A DNA stretch of 64,000 nt from Carcharhinus longimanus (Eukaryota), in NCBI GenBank assembly GCA_030264375.1, contig JASCQW010000132.1:74836985-74900984 (forward strand), written 5' to 3'. The notes below the pieces were generated by a model. That model was not told where the DNA came from. It saw nothing but the letters and a program-made list of their open reading frames with translations, and ran no database searches. The translations under genes were made by a program, and so were the position numbers. This document shows, piece after piece, positions 1-12,588 of this stretch (position 1 is the first letter of the stretch; each line of letters opens with the position of its first letter).

Positions 1-104
1 GCTGCACAGTGCAGCAGAGAAAGCTGGCACTGCTGTTGGCAGCCTCAACACTGCTTTTCCCACCTGCCATCGATCTTTACTGATTTCTGGGAATATCTCA
101 TTAT

Positions 105-792
105 GTTACTGGACTAGCCTGGGGAATAATAACCTGGTAGTATGAGTTCAAGTCCCACTAGGACAGCTGGGGAATTTGAGTTTAATTAATTAAATAAATC
201 TTGATTTTGAAAATAAATACCAATATAAGTAATAATGGCAATGTAATGAGTAAATTATCATTTAAAAAAAAACCTACTTCCCTATTAGCCTTGCACGAAA
301 TAAATCTAGTGTCCTCCCCCAGTCTGGTCTTTTTGGGATTCCTGACCCCACAGCATGTAGAATAGAATCATAGATTGGTTATGGCACAGAAGGAAGATCC
401 TTTAACAGGTGAAGAAGTTTTTCTGTTTGTTGCCATTGCTTCTTCTGCCAATTACCTGAAATCTGTGCCCCCTGGTTCTTGACCTTTCCATCAATGGGTT
501 GCTCCACTCTACTCTGTCCAGAATCCTCACTATTTTGAATACCTCTATCCAATCCCCTCTCAACCTTCCCCTCTGCAAGGGGAACAGTCCCAATATCTCC
601 AATCTTTCTAAGTTACTGAAGTGGTTGGTGTGGTTGACTCTTAATTGTCTTCTGAAATGGCTGAACAAGCCACTCACCTGCAGCAAATTGCTATGCTTGT
701 AGCCAGTCAAAAAGTCAGCTTACTACCAGTGCCTTTAGGGCATTCAGGGATGAACATTAAATGCTGGTCTCAATCCAAGAATGAATTAAACT
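105..792 (+). mobile_element. tRNA-headed SINE (family 'B', tail ...gggatg..ataaatgctgg..gaatgaat), split by a CR1 insertion at ~357-628
   Basis: B-box-like gagttcaagtccc near 144. The body stops at 'cacagcatg' and resumes at 629 'tgtggttgactctt', colinear with the intact copy at 3921-4306. Confidence 0.75.
357..628 (-). mobile_element. CR1 LINE 3' fragment (ORF2 C-terminus and 3' microsatellite tail)
   Basis: ORF 402..710(-) reads ERLEILGLFPLQRGRLRGDWIEVFKIV...RTRGH, the typical CR1 ORF2 C-terminal motif. The tail is tagaatagaatcatag on +. Confidence 0.9.
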
Positions 793-870
793 AAATAATG
801 TAATTTTTGGTCTGACTACAGAATCAGCATTGTGATGAGCTCAACGTAAAATTTTACCCTTTCTACCTAG

Positions 871-1118
871 ATGGTGGCACACTGGTTAGCACTCCTTCAA
901 CACAGTGCCAGGGACTCTGTTTCAATTCCAGCCTTGACTGACTGTCTGAGTGGAGTTTCAATGTTCTCCCAGTTTCCTCCCACACTCCAAAAATGTGCAG
1001 GTTAGGTTCACTGGCCATGCTAAATTTTCCCTGAGATAGTGCCTGGGTGCAATTGTTGTTGGTGCAAGCTCAATGGGCAGAATGGCCTCCTTTGCACTGT
1101 AGGGATTCTATGATCTAT
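871..1118 (+). mobile_element. HE1-type V-SINE with CR1-type tail
   Basis: tRNA head ggtggcacactggttagcact, V-domain gtggagttt..ttctccc..gtttcctcccac, tail ggcctcc..gcactgtagggattctatga. Confidence 0.9.
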
Positions 1119-1928
1119 GGAGACTGAGTGGGTGAGAAATTTTACATTTCTGATTTTTAAGAATGTTACATACCTTGGTCACACTTTGCTTAAACAATAA
1201 TTCCGAAGTCTGTCTCAGGACATATCTTCAATTCATAGATTTAGGAAAACAAGTCTGTATTTGCTGCTCCCATCAGGAGTGGCACTTGCAGGAAGTACAT
1301 CTTGATAAGCACAGGAGACAGGAATGTGGCTCTTTGATAATTCTTTTTAAAATCCATGCATTAAAAACAGTTTATTTGGATGTTCACCCAGAAGTAATAG
1401 CAACAAACAGAAAAACTTCTTCACCCACAAATAAAATGAGCTGATATGATAGGGGACTGGTAGAATTATTAAAGAAACACAGACAAAAGCTTACTTCCTT
1501 CTGAGTGGATGAACTAAGATGAATTAAATGTCTTCTCCCATCTCACTTGTAGTTTTTTAACAAAGTCGCCTTTCAAATCCATTCTCAAATGAGTGAGAAA
1601 GCAATGCTTCATGTGAAGTTGAGCAAGTCTCATTGGTTGATTAAATTACATGTATCTTTTCAGAACATTTTAGTTCCCACATTGTGCAATGTCTGGACGG
1701 AAACAGATTGGAGCTCAACCAGGACATTAATGTATATATAAAAATCATCCTAAGTTATGAAAGCAAATTCAGAGCAGACTTCGTCTCAAAGCCAGTTGAG
1801 CTTCTTCAATATTGATTTAGTGCCATGCTACTGTGTTAGTTCCCAACGTGCAGTCTGTTAACCCCAAAGCAAATCTTGTGGATTTGCAGTGGCTGGCAGC
1901 CAACTAGAGGCAATTTCATCTGAAGGCT

Positions 1929-2063
1929 AAAAGCAAAATATTGCAGATGCTGCAATCTGAAACCAAAACTGAAAATGCTGAAAAATTTCAGCAGGTCTGA
2001 CGGCATCTGTGGGGAGAGAATAGAGCCAACAAGTTTTGAGTCTAAATGATTCCTTGTCAGAGC
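1929..2063 (-). mobile_element. Penelope-like element terminal repeat fragment
   Basis: aaaagcaaaatattgcagatgctg..cagcaggtctgacggcatctg matches the arms at 3381-3618. The minus strand has a decayed hammerhead-like core CTGACAAGGAATC..GACTCAAAAC. Confidence 0.65.
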
Positions 2064-3380
2064 ATGTGGCAGTGGTGCATGTTAGGCTGATGTATATTCA
2101 GTTTGGTGGCTGCTAGGATTGCAAGTTCATAATGTAAAGATTTCGAAAGATGGTAACAACTGGATCGTTGTTGCCGTGGGAAACTTGCATCAGGAGGAGT
2201 TAAGCCCAACATGAAAACAATAAAAATGAATACAGTCAGACAAAAAATCTCATCAGTGATCCAGAATGGAACCCTACTTAATGATCTGTTGAAATCACAA
2301 GAGGAGGATCCTTATTGTGAACCTGACAATGTACTTTCCTATTAAGCTGAGCAGTAGGAAGCAATCAGTAACAAGGCTGGGAAACGGGAAATAAAATAGA
2401 CCCTTGCAGATCAGAATCAGATGGGGCTAGCAATCTATAAACTAGCAAAAGCTGACCTAATAGGCTGAATTTTGCTTCCAGGCTTGTAATCCTGGCATTG
2501 GCACAACCTCTAACCCCAATCCCTTCTCAATACTGCTGCACGATGCCCAACTGCATTTGGAAAGAGACAGCCAATTCGTGGCCTGCTGGTGTATTCGCCA
2601 TCCTATTATGGGTGCTGGATGGGTTGAGGAAGTGGGATGGCAACATACTGGGCCTGTTACAAAGTGCACCTGGCAGCTGTGATTGTGGATGCTGGTGTCA
2701 TGGGACACAGCAGAGTTCAGATGGCAATGGAGCAGCAGCTCGTAACACTGAAATCATCAACATCACATGTGAGTGAGCAGCAGGAAAGCAGAGAAGGAGT
2801 GAATAATAATTTGAATTCCTTCACTCTTAGCTCAGCAGGAATAAAGGGCACGCAGCTCAAGAGGTGGTCTGATAGTGGTGTTGCAATTCCCAATACAGTG
2901 ATGACTATGGAGGAGGGAGAACACCTCAAGAGAAAGGGCTCAGTCCATCATTGGGTGACATTTCTTACCACACTGACAGCCATGGAGGAGGAGGTACAAT
3001 TTGAGGGAAAGGGATCAGTGCGATGGTGGAGTGGCACTTCCCACTGCAGTGATAGTCATGGAGGAGGAAGCCCTGAATGGTGTTCAGCATGAAGTCAATC
3101 AGGGTGTCCAGCCAAGAGAGGGTAAAAGAATGTTACCATTTCCACATGAAAGGGTGAAGCATTGTCCTTGTTTGTCTAGTGCAGGCCAGTCCATAAGCTG
3201 TTATGAGATGTTGCTGACCCAGAATGATTTCCTCACCAAGTTGCTTGTACTGCAAAGATGAATGGAAATGCAAGATGCCCCCAGTTACTGCTTCCTTCAA
3301 ATGCTTGCGCACACCAAGAAAGGGCTCGGGCAGGCAGGGATGCTGTCGAGCATGGGTGCCAGATGGGTTCAGTCTATCTA

Positions 3381-3618
3381 TAAAAGCAAATTATTGTGGA
3401 TGCTAGAATCTGAAAGCAAAAGAGAAAATACTGCAAAATTTCAGCAGGTCTGGCAGCACCTGTAAGGAGACACCTTTTCTCTCTGACAGGATTCCTGTAT
3501 CTCTGTGCATTTAAGCTTTGACAAAGGGTCACCTGGACTCCAAATGTCAGCTCTTTTCTCTCCTTACAGATGCTGCCAGACCTGCTGAGATTTTCCAGTG
3601 TTTTTTCTTTTGGGTTCA
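3381..3618. repeat. Penelope-derived inverted repeat (60-bp arms) enclosing a decayed hammerhead ribozyme motif
   Basis: 3411-3470 and the reverse complement of 3559-3618 match at 53/60. The spacer holds ttgacaaagggtc-acctg-gactccaaa, resembling a decayed CTGAnGA..GAAA core. Confidence 0.75.
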
Positions 3619-3920
3619 CTCCATCTCACACTTAAGGAATGTCATGAAGTTAAAGCACACGGCCCTCTGGGCTTGAGTAGCCTCATCAATTTGAAACTCA
3701 ACGTACTCTGAAGCTCTCTCATACACAAGAGGCAGTGCCTGCCTGATGCAGTGACGGATAGTCACTTGTGAAACGCCACTCAATCTGCAGCCACTCTCTG
3801 AGATGACCCAGAGATAAAAATGTGAGCGCTGTCACTTTAAGGGTTACTGGCAGAATGAGCCCACACAACTAGTGAGGCCTGAGATCCTCTGCCATGATGG
3901 TATGCAAATCAGCAATATTA

Positions 3921-4306
3921 GGCAAGGTGATGGCCAAGTGGTATTATAGCTGGACTAATAATCCAGAAATTCAGCTAACGTTCATGGGATTCAAGTTCAA
4001 ATGATGCCAAGGCAGATGGTGGAATTTGAGCTAAATAAAAGATATCTGGACTTTAGAATCTATTGATGACCATGAAACCATTGTCGATTGTTGTGAAAAC
4101 CCATCTAGTTTATTAGTGTCCTTCAGGGAAGGAAAACTGCTGTCCTTACCTGGTCTGGCCTATTTGTGACTCCAGAGCTACAGCAATGTGGTTGACTCTT
4201 AAATGCCCTTTGAAATGGTCTAGTAAGCCACTCAGTTCAAGGCCAACTAGGGATGGGCAATAAATGCTGGCCAGCCAGCAATGCACATGTCCCATGGATA
4301 AAAAAG
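3921..4306 (+). mobile_element. tRNA-headed SINE family B, full length
   Basis: A-box-like tggccaagtgg, B-box-like gttcaaat, body ggaatttga..gaccatgaaaccattgtcgattg..tgtgactccaga, tail gggatgggcaataaatgctggccagccagc. Recurs several times in the window. Confidence 0.9.
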
Positions 4307-4811
4307 AGGCAAAATCTGAAGTGGCAATGCTGCTTTTACATGCCCAGGAAGCTGAGTCTTTGGCCCCATGGTGAGTGTAGAATCTTTTTGCTGTATCTGT
4401 CCCCTCAGACAGCACTTCTTCTCTCTGCATCAAGGGACTGGATTTGTGGCTGGCACAGCTGCTCCTCATCACGGCTCAAAGTAGCTCAGCCCCACTTCCA
4501 GAGGTGGCCTCATTTCCCACCAGCTGCACAGAAATAGCTGTCTGGATCTGCCCCATTGACCTGTGTGGGTGCACCTCCCCTGCAACTGCTCCAGTTCCTC
4601 CACCTGAAACACTTTGCGAGTTCTGTTTCTGCAATGACCACTGTGTGTCAACGCAGGAGCTTCTCTCTGTGTATTATGCAGTGTCAGCAATGCCTCTTCA
4701 ATCTCTGAACGATTCTCCACTGTACAGCTACCTCCTTTTCTAGGACCTGCTGTTCACCAATGTGTTTCCCATGCATCACATTGAAAATCCCAAATAACCC
4801 TGCAACAAGCT

Positions 4812-5027
4812 CAGTTTTTCACTCAGAGGGTGGTGAATGAGTAGAATTGGCTGCCATCGGTGGTGGTGGAGGCGAACTCGTTGAGGTCTTTTAAGAGACT
4901 TCTGGATGAGTACATGGGATTTAATGGGATTGAGGGTTATAGGTAGGCCTGGTAGGTATGGATATGATCAGTGCAACTTGTGGTCTGAAGGGCCTGTTTG
5001 TGCTGTAGTTTTCTATGTTCTATGTTC
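4812..5027 (+). mobile_element. CR1 LINE 3' end
   Basis: tttttcactcagagggtggtgaat (FFTQRVVN) motif, 3' UTR gaagggcctgtttgtgctgtag and a (ttctatg)n tail. Confidence 0.9.
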
Positions 5028-5421
5028 CTGCACAGGGTGCGGGAAGAGAAACAACAAACAACCTTGAAGGTATCCAAAATGTGGGCTGCAGAACTGGGCT
5101 TTGTATCCTTATGGAAGCCCTGAGCAGTTCAAATGGTGGTGGATTTATTTCCTATGACTGGTCTGTTGTCAATCACCATCGTAGGAAGGAAGCTTGATTT
5201 GGTCTCCAGTAAACATGTGCAGTTTGTGACATCAGTCAGCATTTACCACTGAGTAGCTCCTGACCTGCAATTTTGGCCCCCATAGTTCTCGTTAGCAACT
5301 TGCATCAAACGCATATTGGACAAGTGTCCAGCTCCTTTCCAGCAGGGCTATTTCAGGACATCAGTATGGGACTTCCAATGAAGCGCTTTTGACTTTGTCT
5401 GCTGCGGATCTCGTGAGACTC

Positions 5422-5720
5422 TGGGGACGATCTTACCAGAATTTGACAAAGTGACAGGCTCATTCAGAAAACTGGTATGGAACTCTCCAGTTGCACAGTA
5501 CAGATTTTGTGACTCTGAGAGCCAGAAACAGGCTCCACAGGGATTGGTACGCCATCGCTAAAGAAGTCCCGATCAGAAATAAAAATAACTGCCTTCCCTC
5601 ACCACAGGTGTATCAGCATCTTTCCCCCTGCCTCCCCATCTCAGTCATTGCTGGCATTTTCCTCAATGCTGCCAACCTCCATGAACATTGCCAACTTTTC
5701 AGCAGTTCCATCACACCTCC
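5422..5720 (+). mobile_element. Harbinger-like MITE fragment
   Basis: The terminus ggggacgatcttaccagaatttgacaaagtg..gaaaactgg resembles the reverse complement of the element end at ~43030-43090. Confidence 0.45.
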
Positions 5721-5723
5721 ACA

Positions 5724-5862
5724 GAAACCATAGAATCCCTACCGTACAGAAGGAGGCCATTTGGCCCACCAAGTCTACAACAACCACAATTCTACCTCAG
5801 GCCCTTTTCCACAAGCCCATACATTTACCCTGCTGATTCCTCAAATCTACACATCCCGGGAC
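5724..5862 (-). mobile_element. HE1 V-SINE 3' fragment
   Basis: catagaatccctaccgtacagaaggaggccatttggccc is the reverse complement of the HE1 tail. Confidence 0.85.
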
Positions 5863-7089
5863 ACATCCAAAGAATCATTGCTGGCATTTCAACACTCCCT
5901 CCATTCAGTGACCATTCTTTTTCTCCACCNNNNNNNNNNGGCCCTGGAAGTGCCAGGGGGCATTGCCCGGATGCTACTTGACCATGTCCCTCTCATTCGA
6001 GGGCTATACTTACATTTGCGTCCATGGACGGAGCCCCTTGACAGGTTTGCATCTGGCCAAACCTCACCAATATGATGTCATATTGGTGAAGCGTAAGTAG
6101 GCCGTGAGGGGGAATCATATGGTAAGGGAACTAGATAATTAGATTTAAATTTCTTGAAGTGTCTTAAAATCAGGTTCTTGCTGCTTCTGGGAGCACACAA
6201 GGAGACCTGATTGCGTTGACGCCACTCTAAACAGTGAAAAGCAAGAGGAATGGGCATATGGATTTGTCCTCCCCCACCCACCCACACATGGAAACACAAG
6301 CACAACAAGAGTTTTAAACTTTATTTATTAGCATNNNNNNNNNNNNNNNNNNNNNNNNNNNNNNNNNNNNNNNNNNNNNNNNNNNNNNNNNNNNNNNNNN
6401 NNNNNNNNNNNNNNNNNNNNNNNNNNNNNNNNNNCTGGTTAATTGTTTGAACTGATAGTCTGCCACTTCTGGGTAGGTTGCCACGACCACCCCCTACCTT
6501 CACTCCCAAAGAAAATTCGTCCACCAAAATTGTTGGGAGGTGGGAAACTATTGGGAACTGGTTTGTCGCTTGGCACTGCAATTCTCCCAACATGCCCACT
6601 TCCAAACTTGGCTTTGCTTTGTGATGAAATTTCAGCCCAAAACTCCAAAGAAACTGAAACAGTTAGTTTGGGAACTCGAAACAAAACAGCCCCGAGCTTC
6701 TTCTAATATGTGAAAACAAGTAGTTGCATGGAAAGTGCAATGCAATGTAAACTAATGCAAAAGGATAATCCTGGGGCAACGTTATGGAATAGTTTATACT
6801 CTAAATTATGATCCAGCAATAGCTGATGGAGAGTCAAGTGTTTCATGCTATTTCTTTCTCAGTCTTTGCAGTTTAGTTTCTCACACTGTGTTGTGTATTT
6901 CTGCGCTATGTTCTTTTGCGCTCTGCCATTTTGCTCTCTCTCCTCTACCAATGCAACACACTCTATTATTCTCACACATCATTTTGTCTTTCCCAAATAT
7001 TTTTTTCTTTTGCTCACTATTTTTGTTGCTTCTTTTTATCTCTGCTGTTTCACTCCCTCACAGGGTTTTCTGGTTAAAAGCTAGCCTGC

Positions 7090-7740
7090 CTTTAGGGCCT
7101 CAGACAGCTTGCTTGCAGTGGCAAGTTTTTGGGCCCCATTACCAAATCAAGTGCTGCTCCAAGTGCAAGATGACATTGATGGTCCGAACCCATGCCAAGT
7201 GTGCTGGGAATGCCGGGGTCCACTCTGCCCCTTGTTCCTCAGATGATTACCTAAGGGCCTTACTGGAGGTGGTAAATGTCCGACTGTTATATATTTAACT
7301 GGTTGCATGATTGCCTTAGGAATGGTCACATGATTTGATGGTGATGTCACTGGGGTGTTTCACAGGCTCCTGTTTGGTTTCAGTTAGCACTCTGTACAGG
7401 CAACAGCTCCTACAAAAAATCTCTTGCTTTAATTTTGAATCTATGTGCACAAACCACGTCTTTGTCTAAGCACTGCCTGTAAACTCTGCCTGCTGAGTAA
7501 TGGTGCCTTCTCTGGACCCTTCTGCCTTGTTCTTCCTGCTGTCCTGCACCCCATCCAACTGCGGCTCTTGGCCATTGGTCTGGCCGGTTGCGGCTCCCAT
7601 TTTTGGCCTTCCTCTGACATTTCCTGTCTCGTTATGCTCCTCGACCAGCATCGGGAATGGGGGGTGGAAAGGTGGTGGCAGGAAATCATGCCCAACATCA
7701 CATCATCTGAAATGTAAAAAGAAAATCCTCCTGGAAAGCT
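7090..7740 (-). mobile_element. Possible Harbinger relic with a frameshifted Myb/SANT-like ORF
   Basis: Minus frames give LVEE...KWE..A..MAKSRSWMGCR, reminiscent of the trihelix W..vA...RtW.qCrkk motif. The match is weak. Confidence 0.3.
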
Positions 7741-8087
7741 TGAATTTGGAAGTCTATTGATATCTGTTACTCAAGACAATCTAGCTACATTTGTTAAAAA
7801 TGCCTATTCCGTGATTAAGCAGAATATAACGCACACAACTCCACAATTCAGTTTCTTTTACTGGTCAACGTGAGTTGTGTCTGGACTGTACGTATTAAGC
7901 TTGGCAATGAGATGAGCTGACAGAGAAAGCGATTCACAATGCTTCATTAACCTTATGCTTTCTATGAGAGAATAAGCTGTCATGACATTACCTGTCATCT
8001 CAAATGAGCAATAGTGAATGTGGTACATTAAGTATGAAAAGAACATACATTTTTTGTAAAGNNNNATAAACATTTATAACCAGTATC

Positions 8088-8247
8088 GCACACTTTTAGA
8101 CTGTGGGAAGAAACCGGACCACTTGGAGGAAACCTACGCAGATACAGGGAGAATGTGCAAACTCCACCATGTCAGTCAGTCACCTGAGGCCAGAATTGAA
8201 CCCTAGTCCCTGGCGCTGCGTGGCAGCATTACTAATCACTGTATTGC
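8088..8247 (-). mobile_element. V-SINE 5' half
   Basis: gactgtgggaagaaaccgga..ggagaatgtgcaaactcca..attgaaccc..actaatcactgt is the reverse complement of the V-domain and tRNA head. Confidence 0.9.
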
Positions 8248-8734
8248 ACAACAAAAACAAAACAGTTTTTATGTGCTGTGAAACCCAGTGATCAGGGTTT
8301 AAAAAAAAATACCCCAACTATCTATGGACTGATACAAAATTATAACACTACAAAATAAAGGCAGCTCTTTTCTGTTTAAAATCTCTCAGCATAATCTGGC
8401 AAGTGTCAACTATGGCAAGTGCATTTAATGCCTGCATGCTAAATATCAAGCAAGAACAAATGGAAATCCCCTTCAATTTGCCTTTATTGTGAGTTTATGA
8501 AGAATCTTCAGCACCAACAGTAGTGAATTCTGGGGCTACAGAGCTCATTAACTCTCATGTTTCCATATTAACAAAAATTTGGCAGCTCGGCATAGAAGGA
8601 AAACACAGGCAGGTTGGGATCTTCTTGAGAATTACTGTCACATGTCAAACAAATTGGCTTCACCAAGGAAATGTAACATCCCCATTCTCTCCTGGCACTG
8701 CTTACAGGTTCTACTGTTCTAAACTGCAACATTT

Positions 8735-9050
8735 GGGCAGCATGGTGGCATAGTGGTTAACACTGCAGCCCTGTAGCACTTAGGGCTCAGGTTCAATTCT
8801 GGCCTCAGGTGACTGACTGGGAGTTTGAACATTCTCCCCATGTTTGCATGGGTTTCCTCTGGGTGCTTCACTGTTTCCTCCCACTGTCCAAAAATGTCCA
8901 GGTTGGGTTGATTGGTCATGGTCAATTGTCACTTTATGTCTGAGTCAATATGTGGTGTTCCTGGGATTGCTGTCAGTACAGCTTGATGGGCCCAATGGCC
9001 TCCTTCTGCACAGTAGTGATTCTATGATTCTATTCTATTCTACGATTCTA
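8735..9050 (+). mobile_element. HE1 V-SINE, full length, CR1-type tail
   Basis: Head gggcagcatggtggcatagtggtta, ggttcaattc B-box, V-domain and (attct)n tail. Confidence 0.92.
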
Positions 9051-10776
9051 GTTCTCTTGCTCATTCGGTGAATTCTTTCTTCTCTGAAAGATACATTACT
9101 GCCTGTGGTACTTGGAATCCTCACAGCATCATATTACTGAATGCTTTTTACCCACACTTGTTAGTAGAAATCAAATCTGAAAATCAATTTCACAGACAGC
9201 ACATTTCACAAGTGTTAAGACACAGTTTGTAGTTCAATGCCCCTCAACAAATATTCAAAATCTGTTACAGAAAATTTAGAACTTCTGTCACTTTTCTGCT
9301 AAACAGTGTGTTGAAAGAAAACCCACGGCTAATTTTTCTTCTCTCAATTGGCAAACGACAGAACACAAACTAAAATGAAACCCAGCACTCCAAACGTCCA
9401 CAAAGTGTCTGCTGTGTATCAGCAAGATTATGTTTTGAAAGTGGTTGTTTTTTTTCCCTCCTCTGTGCTTATTTTCAATGTGAATAAGCTTGCAGGCTGT
9501 GTGGGAATGTGTACACAGCACACAGCAGCTCCTGCCCTTTTCTATAAACTCAACTGCTTCACGTGTCTGTTCGCATTACTGCAGTCTGAAAACAAGGGCC
9601 AGTCTCATGAATGAGTGCTGATGTCAGCAATTTGTGAATGGCACTCAGAGGGGGCTGACCTGTTACGCTCATTCCTAATGGTGGGATGCAATCACTAGGG
9701 AGACACCCTGTTCAATTAACTTTAGAAAGCTTCACAAGACTGCAGCAGGACAAAAATCATTTCAAGGCGCTGAACGCAAGAGAACTGATTTTGGCCCGCA
9801 CAGATACAAAGAACAAAGAACAGGAACAGGCCCTTCGGCCCACCAAGTCTGTGCCGAAGCCATTTGTTAAAGAGACAGCACTGTTTTTATTGGCTTCTAT
9901 AGGCTAAACCTGTAACCAAAATAATATGCTCTTTCATTTATTTTCCTCAGGCTTGTTGAACTATCCAAATATACAGTTAGCCAAGTAAGATTCCAATTGC
10001 AGAGTGTACAGCAAATAAACCTCTGCTTAGAACTCCTTTTGCATATTGTTTAATATATGAATGCATTTTCAAATGAAAGGTCTTGTATGAAGTGTTTCAG
10101 CTGATTTTTAATGCAGCTGGAGGGAATTCATTCCTGTACTTGCTCCACTTCCCCTCAAAATGTTGGAAGTCTGGACAGGAATCTTGTCACCATGTGACTC
10201 TTTGCCTTTTCTTTCTATGTGGTTTTAATGATAACACGTAGCAAATGCTACCTTGCAGACACTTGTCCATATTAACTACTAGCTGTTCAGTACAAAGGAA
10301 TACTATTCAAGATACAGTACAGGTTTATGAAAAGATTGCACTTTACAGATATAATTCTGATGTATAAGATGCAAACTTTGTCCAAATGAAAGGAATGCTA
10401 TTAGCTACTGGCTACATAACTTGATAACTGCCAAAAGTTGGACAAATAGGCATTAACAATCAGCTGAGAAGATTCTTGTTTTTTTTCTTTCTGAATAGTT
10501 ATGTNNNNNNNNNNNNNNNNNNNNNNNNNNNNNNNNNNNNNNNNNNNNNNNNNNNNNNNNNNNNNNNNNNNNNNNNNNNNNNNNNNNNNNNNNNNNNNNN
10601 NNNNCCCTCACCCCCCACGCCCATTCCCTCCCCATTGCCCAGCCCTCATACCCATCAACCACACCCCCTCACCCCACCCCAATCCTCTTTGGTCATACAA
10701 TTCCCGTCATGGATATCGCCACGGGGCCTGGTTTGGTGCCAGGGCAGATGCCCAGATTCCGCGCTCGTTCATGTAA

Positions 10777-11034
<258 letters not shown>

Positions 11035-12588
11035 TAACACAGTGGACCTTGTTTTTACTCAAATCTTAGTAACTTTTGGTTAGAAGTAAATAATTAAAAT
11101 CATTATTTGAAAATGGTGGTTTCCATTATTTAATTGGACAATAAATCAAACCTTTTGATATTATGACAATGTGCATCCTTGCCAAAATAAAACTGAACAA
11201 GTTCAGAAAAAGGAACTCATTCTACAGAATGAGAAATTGTCTTACTATTCTAGCCAGCAATACCAGTCACTTGTTAGGATACGTTTTGGATCAGTCTTTA
11301 TTTTTTTCATTCTTCCTTTGAATCCACTGATTCTCGTTATCATACAATTCCACACAAGGGTATTATAGCCGATGTTAATCCTAAACTGATCCATTCACAT
11401 GCAAACAGTGCCTATCATGAGTCTAAAGGCATTAATGAAAAGCTGATCATTCCTCACACTGTATTTGTCTTGGTTCAATGAGGCCAAACTGTACTGCTGC
11501 AATTGTCATTCCACCGCAGTATATTCAGCACAGGCTGTGGATTATATCTAGATTTCTTGTGGTCATTATCACCTAATAACTATAACTGCACTGCATTTAC
11601 ACAGTAAGCCATCAGAAGATTCTTGGAGCAGGCTTCATTTGTACAGTCTCAGAATTAATTAAGATTCTTATCATTAAGGTGCTGAATACTAAATGAATGG
11701 TAAAATGTTAAACGTTCTTTCAGTTTTCTTTCATATCATTTGCTGTTGTGCTGGATTGGTGATGCAGAATGAGTTCAAATGACCCTGGTGATTTTGGGTT
11801 TCCTTAACATGTGGATCACATCCAGCCCCCTTTCCTCTACTACCCGCAAGAAAGTAGGATATGTTGAGAAATGGGGGTGGGACTTTTGGATCTGGGGTCC
11901 TGGCACCATTTTTAATAAGTTGCCAAGTTCCCAATGACTCAATGTAAATATGGGCCAGTAGATCAGACACTGTCAGGGTAATTTTCCAACTACCAGCAGA
12001 GAACTTCACTTATCAAAGGAGCACATATTAGAAATTGTGCTGTATTGTGATTCACCAAGCGTTAGAAAAAAGCCATTAAATTGTGAGCAGGTCAAATGGA
12101 TTCCTGAATTATCAAGATTCATTCTCAGCATACAAGGCTTTCGATCAGGATTTAAAAGTTAACAAAAAACAGACCTCTTAATATTTGATGGGCTCCACAT
12201 GGAACACCATCGCTGTGATCTTTTGCAGACACATTATTAGGCTTCCTGAATGGAAGTCTGGTGCACTTACACAAAAAAAAATAGAATTTATGTGGCCTGT
12301 TCCCATCATCATTAAGTTATGTTAGATTGAAAAGTAAAATTGATATTATTGAACGATTGGTTAACATGCTATTTTGATGGAAGCATTAATTTATTTATTA
12401 CGGTTTAACAATACCTTTAAAAGAATAGCAAGATTTTTTTCTACAGAACTCCATTAGTTATTCAGATGGTGACATTGTCAATAGGTAATTCCAACCTTTT
12501 ATTAACAAGTTAAACTGCATGCACAGCATTAAACACATTATTAATGAATATGACTAAAAATCTATTGTGTTAAAACTTCTTATCTTGA

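Larger units (their letters stand above)
2461..5280. mobile_element. Highly decayed PIF/Harbinger-like DNA transposon relic carrying nested insertions
   Basis: Starts with the ggctgaatttt terminus seen on other MITE-like ends in this window. No intact ORF. It is interrupted by Penelope, SINE and CR1 pieces. Confidence 0.3.

Noticed and set aside
8735-8810. tRNA gene-like A/B boxes (here and in other SINE heads)
   Set aside because: They are followed by SINE bodies and tails, with no complete cloverleaf.
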